Shown piece after piece: positions 14,627 to 21,972 of a stretch of 53,102 nucleotides of DNA. The notes below the pieces were generated by a model. The model ran no database searches and had not been told where the DNA came from. It was given only the letters and a program-made list of their open reading frames with translations. Both the position numbers and the translations under genes were made by a program. Position 1 is the stretch's first letter; each line of letters opens with the position of its first letter. The stretch lies in the IMG/VR virus record IMGVR_UViG_3300050501_000425; one strand, written 5' to 3'. The stretch is from a virus.

Positions 14627-14718
14627 TGGAGCCCCCGGAGTTCAACATGGTCACGGGCTTATTCTTCGGTTCCGTGAAAGAGACAGATGAAGTAACCGTA
14701 ACCTTCGCACCCGGGGGC
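14627..14718 (-). ncRNA. Y RNA-like module A (no tRNA-like domain, 3' CCA encoded)
   Basis: GCCCCCG-GGUGCGA-AGGUUA-CGGUUACUUC ... UUGAACUC-CGGGGGC-U-CCA. The closing stem is 7-8 bp. Internal hairpin is CACGG/CCGUG. Confidence 0.6.
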
Positions 14719-14753
14719 GCCATGTCGCTCAGCTGCTTACGAAAGAAAGCATG

Positions 14754-14924
14754 TCATACGACGGACGTGATGTCAAGTCGGTTTTCTCCGTGCTGCGGGC
14801 AGGAGCACGGTGCCTTACACCACTTGCAGGTCTGGCGGCACAGCTTGTGCAGGTCGGGATCCTCGTGCTCATGCTGGCAGGCCGTGGATATGTAGATGTG
14901 CTTAGGGCCGGGGAGGGTCTTCAT
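14754..14924 (-). CDS. Small Cys/His-rich (zinc-binding type) protein (56 aa)
   Basis: My translation: MKTLPGPKHIYISTACQHEHEDPDLHKLCRQTCKWCKAPCSCPQHGENRLDITSVV. This is the last coding sequence before the RNA array. Confidence 0.6.
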   Translation of the reverse strand: MKTLPGPKHIYISTACQHEHEDPDLHKLCRQTCKWCKAPCSCPQHGENRLDITSVV

Positions 14925-15129
14925 GATCTTGTTCTACCTTCCGTAGGAACCATTCCCGGGGCATGCAGGCCACCATTGTGAACCATCCCATACCAGTGAA
15001 CCCGGACAGGACATACCGCATGTCATCGACCACAAATCCGTACAGTGACATCGCGGCGCACCCGGTGGCCATGGCCCAAAAGATGATGCCCAGCCTGCGC
15101 ACAGCGACCCTCCTGGTCATGGGTCTCAT
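14902..15129 (-). CDS. Membrane protein (75 aa)
   Basis: ORF track. Contains GIIFWAMATGCAAMSLYGFVV and GMGWFTMVACM. Start is ATGA-coupled. Confidence 0.6.
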   Translation of the reverse strand: MRPMTRRVAVRRLGIIFWAMATGCAAMSLYGFVVDDMRYVLSGFTGMGWFTMVACMPREWFLRKVEQDHEDPPRP

Positions 15130-15335
15130 CAGTACTCACCCCCGCCGGGATAATCGGTGAAGTCGGGCTGTTTGGGCAGCGTAAGGGGGTAGGGCTGGCC
15201 CGCGTCGGCCATCAGCCGGTAGTCGTCCAGGAAGTCATCCAGGATATCCCAGGGCAGTGACCCCCGGTCATAGGTGTCCCGGCGCTCCTTGATGATCGCC
15301 TCCACCACATCCCCGCGCATCGGCTGGTGCCTCAT
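15129..15335 (-). CDS. Hypothetical protein (68 aa)
   Basis: ORF track. ATGA coupling at both ends. Confidence 0.65.
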   Translation of the reverse strand: MRHQPMRGDVVEAIIKERRDTYDRGSLPWDILDDFLDDYRLMADAGQPYPLTLPKQPDFTDYPGGGEY

Positions 15336-15559
15336 GGCCTGCCCTGTCGGTCCCTGAGGTAGTCCATGACCATCGCGGCCGTGGTGCTCCTGGAGAACGT
15401 GATATTGCCACCATCGGGGAACACGATGGCGAAACGGTAGTCATGCTGGGGCAATGTCGTCTCGAAGAGGGCCTGCGCCTTCTCTTCCCCGAATATCCGG
15501 CGAGCCTCCTGTGCCACATCGACTATGTTCACAGTGGCAAGTACTTGATCCTCGATCAT
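15332..15559 (-). CDS. Hypothetical protein (75 aa)
   Basis: Internal ATG 15559 is preceded by GGGGAGAGAAA. Product begins MIEDQVLATVNIVDVAQEARRIF... Confidence 0.6.
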   Translation of the reverse strand: MIEDQVLATVNIVDVAQEARRIFGEEKAQALFETTLPQHDYRFAIVFPDGGNITFSRSTTAAMVMDYLRDRQGRP

Positions 15560-15785
15560 TTTCTCTCCCCTTCCTCTTGGTCCAGAGTATCCAGTTGGCC
15601 CCATAGATGCCCAGGTATACGGGTGCCCAGGCCACAAAGCCCAGCTGAGAGGTGCACAACCCGTAGGTGACCGCGAACACCTGGCCCAGCAAGCAGATCA
15701 CCCAGCCGACACGCCGATAGTTCCCGGCCAGGATCAGCCCGACCGCCGGGATGCCTTGCACGATAAATGATCCCCATTGCTCCAT
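15441..15785 (-). CDS. Multi-TM membrane protein with a questionable 3' end
   Basis: ATG 15785 follows GGGGAGGAG. Product MEQWGSFIVQGIPAVGLILAGNYRRVGWVICLLGQVFAVTYGL...WILW. The last roughly 40 codons overlap gene 15332..15559 and look non-coding. Confidence 0.5.
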   Translation of the reverse strand: MEQWGSFIVQGIPAVGLILAGNYRRVGWVICLLGQVFAVTYGLCTSQLGFVAWAPVYLGIYGANWILWTKRKGRENDRGSSTCHCEHSRCGTGGSPDIRGREGAGPLRDDIAPA

Positions 15786-15848
15786 AATCTCCTCCCCATC
15801 CATGTGAAAACGGGCGGCGACCATTGTCACCGCCCGCCCCCGTACTCC

Positions 15849-15998
15849 TTACATTCTTTCGGGCATCTCCAGTGGCATCAGAAGGGCCGCCAGGATGCCC
15901 CCGGCACCGGCCAGCATCCAGGCCGGTCGTTGCACCAGCAAGCCCAGGCACAGGATCACGCCGCAGATGGCCAGCACCACGATCTTGAGTGAACTCAT
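15849..15998 (-). CDS. Small 2-TM membrane protein (49 aa)
   Basis: MSSLKIVVLAICGVILCLGLLVQRPAWMLAGAGGILAALLMPLEMPERM. ATGA-coupled to the Ro60 stop. Confidence 0.55.
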   Translation of the reverse strand: MSSLKIVVLAICGVILCLGLLVQRPAWMLAGAGGILAALLMPLEMPERM

Positions 15999-17566
15999 CA
16001 GAACGGCCACTGCCCGGCGGCACGGCGCTCCAGCACCGGCAGCAACTTGAACGCCTGGTCAGTCAACCCGCCGATGGTGATGCGGGTCGGGGTTCCCGAC
16101 TCCATGTGCCCCACCTTGTACCCGGCCAAGTTGAACGTGATCACCGGGATGTGGGCCGGGACTGCCGCTGCCACATCACGATAGGTGTGATAGTTGGCCT
16201 GCTCGTCGGTGAGGATGACCACCCGATCGTGCGCCCTGAAATTGGTGCTCACCGCCGCCTCGGTGGCCGTACCCCCGTTCTGGAAGTAGCCACGGCGGAA
16301 CGCCTCCAGCATCACCAGCAGCGATGCCCCCCTGGCCAGCGGGAACACCTTGGAGTAGTTGGAGTACGAGACCACGTCGGCGTGCTCACACCGCTGCGAA
16401 AGCGCCAGCCCGAAGATGGCCGCCGCGTCCCAGCGCCGCAGTCCGCTCTTGTCACTCATGCTGTCGGCCATCGAGCCCGAGGTGTCGATCAGGATCAGGG
16501 TGCGACCGGCGAACTGCGGGATGTTGTTCAGCGACGCCTGGAGCCCCTGCTCAAGTGGCAGGTGCCAGCGCACGTTGGACACAGCCCGGAAGGCCGACAA
16601 GAACCGCATCGGCAACTGACGGGATCGGGCCACTTGCTCCGGGTCACCGAGGCGATCAGCCACCAAGGCGTAGGCGTTGTGGCCCACCCCGGCCTCATCG
16701 AAGTTGCGCAGGTTGCGCAGCAGGGCCATGTAGCCCATGGTCGGGATAAGCGCCTCCCACAGATCCTTCTTCGGAATCTTGGAACCAACCAGGGACAGCA
16801 CGTCCTCCCACGTCATCCCGGCAGCCCGAAGGGTTCCGGGGTCCAGGAACATGTGCTGCCCGTAGTCCTTGGCGGCTGCGTCACGAAGGAAGGCATTCTT
16901 GTGGATCATGGTCAGTGACGACGGGATGCCCTCGCGGCCGTGGCGCCGGTCGATCAGATGCTTGAACAGCACATCCTGGCCCAGCTTGTCCGGGGACGCA
17001 TGGGTCAGCTCAAGCACATCACCGAAGCGGACACCATGAGACGCCGTGTCGTACTTGAGGGTGTTGTACTCGTTGTAAAGACGCGTCGCGGCATCAGCGA
17101 TCCCGCGCTTGATCGGCTTGGGAATCTGCTGGCCTGGATAGGCAGCCTTCCAGTAGCCGATCGCCTCACCGGGCTCGTCGGCACGTGCCAGCACCGAGTT
17201 GACGATCCGACGGCCACCAGGAAGGTTGGACTTCACCATGGCGCAGGCGGCCTCGATCGCGCCCACCAGGGAGGCGGTGCGCATGTTGGCCTCGCCGCGA
17301 AGCCACGGTAGGAAGCGCCCCATCCATTCGGGATCGGTGCGGGCCACCTCGTGAACCAGCGTCTTGAAGCGGGCGTCACGGGCAACCCCGGTCTCATAGA
17401 AGGTGTCCATGCCGACGAAGTTGCTCACCGCCAGCAGGAACAGCTCACCCTTGGCGTCACGGGTGAACCCGGGCGCCCGGTTTCCGGTACGCGCCAACGG
17501 GTCCGGGGTGGACACGATGGGCTGATTGATCGGGAAGCCCTTGTTGGGCTTGTTGAAACGGCTCAT
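15998..17566 (-). CDS. rsr: Ro60-related protein (TROVE domain plus C-terminal vWA domain)
   Basis: 522 aa. The HEAT-like TROVE region has MGYMALLRNLRNF and RQLPMRFLSAFRAV. The C-terminal vWA has MIDAS LILIDTSGSMAD. RBS is GAGAGGAA. Confidence 0.85.
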   Translation of the reverse strand: MSRFNKPNKGFPINQPIVSTPDPLARTGNRAPGFTRDAKGELFLLAVSNFVGMDTFYETGVARDARFKTLVHEVARTDPEWMGRFLPWLRGEANMRTASLVGAIEAACAMVKSNLPGGRRIVNSVLARADEPGEAIGYWKAAYPGQQIPKPIKRGIADAATRLYNEYNTLKYDTASHGVRFGDVLELTHASPDKLGQDVLFKHLIDRRHGREGIPSSLTMIHKNAFLRDAAAKDYGQHMFLDPGTLRAAGMTWEDVLSLVGSKIPKKDLWEALIPTMGYMALLRNLRNFDEAGVGHNAYALVADRLGDPEQVARSRQLPMRFLSAFRAVSNVRWHLPLEQGLQASLNNIPQFAGRTLILIDTSGSMADSMSDKSGLRRWDAAAIFGLALSQRCEHADVVSYSNYSKVFPLARGASLLVMLEAFRRGYFQNGGTATEAAVSTNFRAHDRVVILTDEQANYHTYRDVAAAVPAHIPVITFNLAGYKVGHMESGTPTRITIGGLTDQAFKLLPVLERRAAGQWPF

Positions 17567-17601
17567 CAGAATTCCTCTCTCTGAGTTGGCACCAGAAGTG
17601 A

Positions 17602-17817
17602 CTATCCTGCCATGCCTGGATACAGCACGTTCAAGATTTTCTTCTCTATGGCGCGCTGTGCCCTTGCCTCGGCGATGTGCAAATCCCCCGAAGAAATCAC
17701 GGGTACTACGTCGATGACGCCCTTGATCTGGCGGATGGCATTCAATGTCGCGGCGGCATCATCCTCCCGGAGATCCTTCTCCAGGGAGACGACGAAACCG
17801 GCGAAGCGATCAGTCAT
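17602..17817 (-). CDS. Hypothetical protein (71 aa)
   Basis: Internal ATG 17817 of ORF 17602..17889. Product begins MTDRFAGFVVSLEKDLREDDAAATLNAIRQIKG... Confidence 0.55.
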   Translation of the reverse strand: MTDRFAGFVVSLEKDLREDDAAATLNAIRQIKGVIDVVPVISSGDLHIAEARAQRAIEKKILNVLYPGMAG

Positions 17818-18049
17818 GGATCTCGAACTCCTTGGCCGGACAGCGATGCAGGGTGAGGTAGGTCCAGCCGCCCCCTGTGTTGCGGTCATAGATCAGTTGG
17901 TGGCAGGCCACGCAGCACCACAGATAGGAGTCCTCTGTAGTGGCCAGCCTCATCCGGGCCAGCCGGAACCAGCCGTGGGGTGGGTTACCGCAGCCGATGT
18001 ATTGAGTACTCGGGCCACGACAATTCGAGCAGTCGCATGTTTCATCCAT
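17810..18049 (-). CDS. Cys-rich protein (79 aa)
   Basis: MDETCDCSNCRGPSTQYIGCGNPPHGW...WCCVACHQ... RBS is GGAGAGGA. Confidence 0.65.
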   Translation of the reverse strand: MDETCDCSNCRGPSTQYIGCGNPPHGWFRLARMRLATTEDSYLWCCVACHQLIYDRNTGGGWTYLTLHRCPAKEFEIHD

Positions 18050-18073
18050 AGGGGATCCTCTCCGGCTTCTATC

Positions 18074-18298
18074 CTATGACATCGCTTCCTTCGAAGGCAA
18101 TGTCTTTGCCGCCAGGTATTCCCTGAGGGCCGGGTGGCTGATGGGTACGACAACGACAGGAGTCAGGATGAGTACGCCACCCGGCTCCTCGGTGATCATG
18201 TAATGGTCATGCCGGGCCAGTTTTCCCAGACTGACACGCTTGCGGGAATCCAGGGTCAGCAGGGTCTCGCCCAGCTCCTCCTGTGTCTCATCACTCAT
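18074..18298 (-). CDS. AbrB/SpoVT-like DNA-binding protein (tentative)
   Basis: LTLDSRKRVSLGKLARHDHYMITEEPGGVLILTP resembles the swapped-hairpin AbrB/MazE pattern. Confidence 0.4.
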   Translation of the reverse strand: MSDETQEELGETLLTLDSRKRVSLGKLARHDHYMITEEPGGVLILTPVVVVPISHPALREYLAAKTLPSKEAMS

Positions 18299-18325
18299 GT
18301 GGGTAGTGTACCACAGGGGTAATGA

Positions 18326-19189
18326 TCATTCAACCACAAATACCCCCTGCCCCTGACGGCCTTCGACCACGCCGGTGGCCTTGAGGATCAGGATGGCTGA
18401 GCGTACGGATCCGTAGCTGGCCTCGAACTCTTCTCGCAGGGCGCTGGTGCTGGGAAGTTTGCCGTCGGGATAGGCGCCGGAGGCGATCCGCTCGCGCAAG
18501 GTGTCCACGATGATCAGATACTTGAAGTCCGTCATAGGCAACACAGTAGACCATGGTGCTAATGTGAGCACATGGGGCTCGATCGGACCGAGAAGATCTT
18601 CACTTTCGGGCCACCCTCTCTCCAGCCTCCCAAGAAGGGTGCGATAGGAAACATGACACCTATGATCCCTTGACCATTGCGCAACTGTTTTCTTCTCACC
18701 ATTTATCGTTACCCAGCGATTGGTGGTCTTGTTGTTCATGTTTTCACTGCGCGTAACCCAGCGACAATTCTGTGGCCCATAGTTGCCCGTAGTGTCTATT
18801 CGGTCAATCTGTAGACCATCGACGAATCCGTTGGCTAGTGCCCATTTCCTGAATTCCTCAAAGCTCTCTCGCCATTGGCGGATGACCTTTATGCCTCGGG
18901 CGCCGTAATATTTATATGCGCTGCTTGAGGGGGTGTGGCATCTTCCTTTCATGCTTGCCCATGCCTTATACAGGGGAGACCAGCGCCCATTGGCGGCATC
19001 CCCATGCTTCCTTTGTCTCATGGCCGCGAGATCCCGCTGTAGGCAGCCACAGGACTTACTCTTCCCGGACCTGAGCGCATGTCGGGCTACCGCGCGTCTT
19101 GTGCCACAGACGCATATGCATTCCGAGTGGCGTGGCCTTCCCGTGGCTAGTCCCACCACGGTCCATCGGCCAAATTCGGAAGCGACCAT
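18326..19189 (-). CDS. Nuclease-associated/HNH-type DNA-binding module fused in frame to a GntR-type winged HTH
   Basis: YKAWASMKGRCHTPSSSAYKYYGARGIKV...LQIDRIDTTGNYGPQNCRWVTRSENMNNKT, followed without a stop by MTDFKYLIIVDTLRERIASGAYPDGKLPSTSALREEFEASYGSVRSAILILKATGVV (GntR HTH). ATG 19189 was chosen as the start. Confidence 0.6.
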   Translation of the reverse strand: MVASEFGRWTVVGLATGRPRHSECICVCGTRRAVARHALRSGKSKSCGCLQRDLAAMRQRKHGDAANGRWSPLYKAWASMKGRCHTPSSSAYKYYGARGIKVIRQWRESFEEFRKWALANGFVDGLQIDRIDTTGNYGPQNCRWVTRSENMNNKTTNRWVTINGEKKTVAQWSRDHRCHVSYRTLLGRLERGWPESEDLLGPIEPHVLTLAPWSTVLPMTDFKYLIIVDTLRERIASGAYPDGKLPSTSALREEFEASYGSVRSAILILKATGVVEGRQGQGVFVVE

Positions 19190-19259
19190 GGGCGAAGTAT
19201 ACAAGCAGTAAATTGCATCGTAGACTATGACATCTAGGATGGGGATGGTCAGGTTGGGC

Positions 19260-21581
19260 ATGTCGCTGAAGCAGCGGGTTGCGGCGATGCCCCGTGCCCA
19301 GAGGATGGACTTCCTGCAGTCCCTGGACCCCGCCATCCTGGACATGATCGCCAGGGAGGAATGGTTCTGGGTGGCCCGCCCGGAACAGATGCCGCCCAAG
19401 GGCGACTGGTCCATCTGCCTGATGCTGGCGGGCCGGGGCTTCGGCAAGACGCGCTCGGGGGCCGAGTGGATCGTGCAACGGACCCTGGATCATCCCTATG
19501 ACTCCTCTGGGTTTCCCACCGAACGCCTGATCATGGCCTACAACATTTCTGACGCCGTGGCCTCATGCGCCGAGGGTCCCTCGGGGGTGCTGCGGGTGTT
19601 GCAGCGCATGGGATTTTCCGAGCTGGGAAAGTCCCGCCGGGTCGATGACCCCACCAAGATGTACACCTTCACCAAAAGCCCCAAGCCTTATGTGCGCTTG
19701 CTCGAGACCGGCTCGGTCATCCACTTCACCGGCGCCACAGTGGACGCGGCCCGGTCCAAGAACCTGGCCGATGTCTGGTGCGTGGCCGAAGGTGAGCCAG
19801 TCCTGACCGAGCGCGGCATGGTGGCCATAGAGCGGGTGCTCCCGGGTGACAGAGTTTGGACGCAGACGGGATTCAAGGAGGTTCTGCAATCCGGGCGTAC
19901 CGCTGAGGGCAGGGAGGTCTTGCGGATTGTCACCACCGAGGGGGAGCTTCGAGTAACCCCGGACCATGTGGTGTGGGCCAATGGCGGCTGGATCCGGGCC
20001 GACCGGCTTGAGGCTGGCGATAGTATGGCTACATGTCTGCCTCAAATGGACCTGTGCCCAGCGAAGAGCCAGCCTATCAGCGATGGGACAGGGAGTCCTG
20101 GTTCTTCAACAAGCGCAAGGGATACTACTACAGCCGAGACGGGTTCCTTCTCCACCGAGCCGTCTGGATCGCTTTGCACGGACCGATTCCCGAGGGATTC
20201 GATGTCCATCACCGGGATGGGAAACGGTGGAATTGCGACCCAGCAAACCTTGAGCTATTGCCTCATGGAGAGCACATGCGTCTCACGTGGCAGCTGCGTA
20301 CCGACGCCGACAAATATGACAGCTCCGGCCGGTCCCAGCGGTCCAGTGAGGGATTGCGGCGCATGTGGGCCAACCGGCAGCCCCGGGCAGTCCTTTGTGC
20401 CGAGTGTGGCAATGAGTACCTGTCCACCGGAATGCGGGCCAAATGGTGCTCGGACGCATGCCGGAAAGCGGGATCGGCCAGGCTTTCGCGGAACAAGCGT
20501 GCTCAGCGTAATCAGGGAACACCGGCGAGCTGATGTCTACGATTTGACGATCGCCGATGCCCATCATTTCTTCGCGGGGTCGGCGCTTGTCAAGATCCAC
20601 AACTGCGACGAGCCCATAAAATGGGCCAATCCCGAGGAAACCTGGCGCGAGGGCATCCGACCGGCACTTCGGGCCGACATCCCCGGGGACAAACCCAGGG
20701 CGCTGGTGACCACCACCCCCAAACCGATCCTGTTGCTCAAGAACTGGGTGTCCGAACCCCGGCGGTGGAAGGTCGTCATCATCCGGGGCAGCACCTTCGA
20801 CAACATGATCAACCTGTCTGAGGATGCCGTCGAGGAGCTGCGGGAAACCTATGAGGGCACCGCCCTGGGCCGCCAGGAGCTGTACGGCGAGCTTCTCGAT
20901 GATGTGTCCGGCGCCCTGTTCAGCTTCTCCGTCATCCATGCCAACCGGGTGGAGATCGGCCCGGAGAAGGTGGCCCACCGCACCGTCGGGGTGGATCCCG
21001 GCCTGACCGGTGATGAGGACGGCGACGAGATGGGTGTCATCGTGGCCTGCCGGGACCACAAGGACCATGCCTATGTGATCGCCGATGAGACCACGAAGCT
21101 GGCCGGACGCGATGCGGCACTGCATGCCTGGCATGTCTATGCCCGCTATGGCGCCGACACCCTGGTCTATGAGTCCAACCTGGGCAAGGCCTGGATGCAC
21201 CAGGTGTTCACCGACGCCTTCAGGGAACTTCAGCGCTCCGGCTTATTCCCCACTGAAGTCATCAACCCTCCGCTCGTGCCCGTCTTTTCAAATCAGGGGA
21301 AAAAGCTGCGGGCTGAGCCCGTGGCCATGCGCTATTCGCAGGGGCGAGTGCATCACATCGGCACCTTCGACAAGCTCGAGACCCAGATGCTCACCTTCGA
21401 TCCTTTGTCGTCCAAGGCGTCCCCGGACCGCCTGGATGCCCTCGTCCATGCGGTCCGGCATCTGATGGATGGTGAGCGCAAGCGCTCCCGGATCCTGTCG
21501 CCTTTGGGTCTGCCGGTACCCGAACTCGGCTACAACCCGGTGGGCACCATGCGGACCATGGGTGAATTCGGGATCGGATGA
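19260..21581 (+). CDS. terL: Terminase large subunit, interrupted by an intein
   Basis: N-terminus ...EEWFWVARPEQ..., Walker A LAGRGFGKT, Walker B region ADVW|CDE restored after intein removal. The C-terminal nuclease region has GVDPG...DEMG. ATG 19260 is preferred within ORF 19227..21581. Confidence 0.85.
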   Translation: MSLKQRVAAMPRAQRMDFLQSLDPAILDMIAREEWFWVARPEQMPPKGDWSICLMLAGRGFGKTRSGAEWIVQRTLDHPYDSSGFPTERLIMAYNISDAVASCAEGPSGVLRVLQRMGFSELGKSRRVDDPTKMYTFTKSPKPYVRLLETGSVIHFTGATVDAARSKNLADVWCVAEGEPVLTERGMVAIERVLPGDRVWTQTGFKEVLQSGRTAEGREVLRIVTTEGELRVTPDHVVWANGGWIRADRLEAGDSMATCLPQMDLCPAKSQPISDGTGSPGSSTSARDTTTAETGSFSTEPSGSLCTDRFPRDSMSITGMGNGGIATQQTLSYCLMESTCVSRGSCVPTPTNMTAPAGPSGPVRDCGACGPTGSPGQSFVPSVAMSTCPPECGPNGARTHAGKRDRPGFRGTSVLSVIREHRRADVYDLTIADAHHFFAGSALVKIHNCDEPIKWANPEETWREGIRPALRADIPGDKPRALVTTTPKPILLLKNWVSEPRRWKVVIIRGSTFDNMINLSEDAVEELRETYEGTALGRQELYGELLDDVSGALFSFSVIHANRVEIGPEKVAHRTVGVDPGLTGDEDGDEMGVIVACRDHKDHAYVIADETTKLAGRDAALHAWHVYARYGADTLVYESNLGKAWMHQVFTDAFRELQRSGLFPTEVINPPLVPVFSNQGKKLRAEPVAMRYSQGRVHHIGTFDKLETQMLTFDPLSSKASPDRLDALVHAVRHLMDGERKRSRILSPLGLPVPELGYNPVGTMRTMGEFGIG
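19779..20603 (+). mobile_element. Intein (275 codons) in the TerL Walker B region
   Basis: Starts CVAEGEPVLT, contains TPDHVVW, and ends ALVKIHN followed by +1 Cys (CDEPIKW). Confidence 0.8.
20033..20533 (+). CDS. HNH homing endonuclease ORF nested out of frame inside the intein
   Basis: +2 frame relative to terL. Contains AVWIALHGPIPEGFDVHHRDGKRWNCDPANLELLPHGEHMRL plus CAECG...CSDAC. Confidence 0.75.
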   Translation: MSASNGPVPSEEPAYQRWDRESWFFNKRKGYYYSRDGFLLHRAVWIALHGPIPEGFDVHHRDGKRWNCDPANLELLPHGEHMRLTWQLRTDADKYDSSGRSQRSSEGLRRMWANRQPRAVLCAECGNEYLSTGMRAKWCSDACRKAGSARLSRNKRAQRNQGTPAS

Positions 21582-21651
21582 GGCGACAAGCTGGCAGGGC
21601 CAGGAGATCTAGTGATAACATGCCGACCTTTTTGCTGATACCTTTATCTGC

Positions 21652-21972
21652 ATGATCTACCTCGTTGCCTTTGTCGTCCTGGTGCTGGCGACTGCCCGGC
21701 TGACCAGGTTGATCTGCAGGGACGACATCACCGCGCCCTTGCGACTGGCCATTGATCGCAAGCTGGGGGAGAACTCCTTCGTCTCCAGGTTGATCTGGTG
21801 CCACTGGTGCGTGGCGGTCTGGGTGTCCTTGGGCGCCAGCAGTTTCGCCATGCAGGCGCTTTACACCTTCGGGCTCATCTCGCCCAAGGCGGCGGTCCTT
21901 TCCTGGCTCCTGCTCATCCCGGCCAATGCGTATGCGGCTGCCTGGGTCATTGACAAAGAGGGTGGCGACTAA
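21652..21972 (+). CDS. DUF1360-like membrane protein
   Basis: LATARLTRLICRDDITAPLR...CHWCVAVW with three hydrophobic segments. Confidence 0.6.
   Translation: MIYLVAFVVLVLATARLTRLICRDDITAPLRLAIDRKLGENSFVSRLIWCHWCVAVWVSLGASSFAMQALYTFGLISPKAAVLSWLLLIPANAYAAAWVIDKEGGD

Noticed and set aside
13029-14718. Whether the recurring GGTGCGA.../...TGAACTC motifs could be a CRISPR array or DNA-level repeats.
   Set aside because: The motif is bipartite with variable 45-95 nt inserts and irregular unit spacing (0.1-0.5 kb). Flanking 7-mers are complementary within each unit, including G.U pairs valid on one strand only. That fits a transcribed structured RNA, not CRISPR.
12145-14895. Many ORFs of 60-168 aa on both strands inside the RNA array (for example 13575..14081-, 13693..14043-, 13260..13580+, 14405..14677+).
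   Set aside because: They overlap one another in all frames and lack RBSs. Their products are Arg/Pro/Gly/Ser-rich and low-complexity. They run straight through T-arm boxes and conserved RNA stems. I treat them as high-GC noise.
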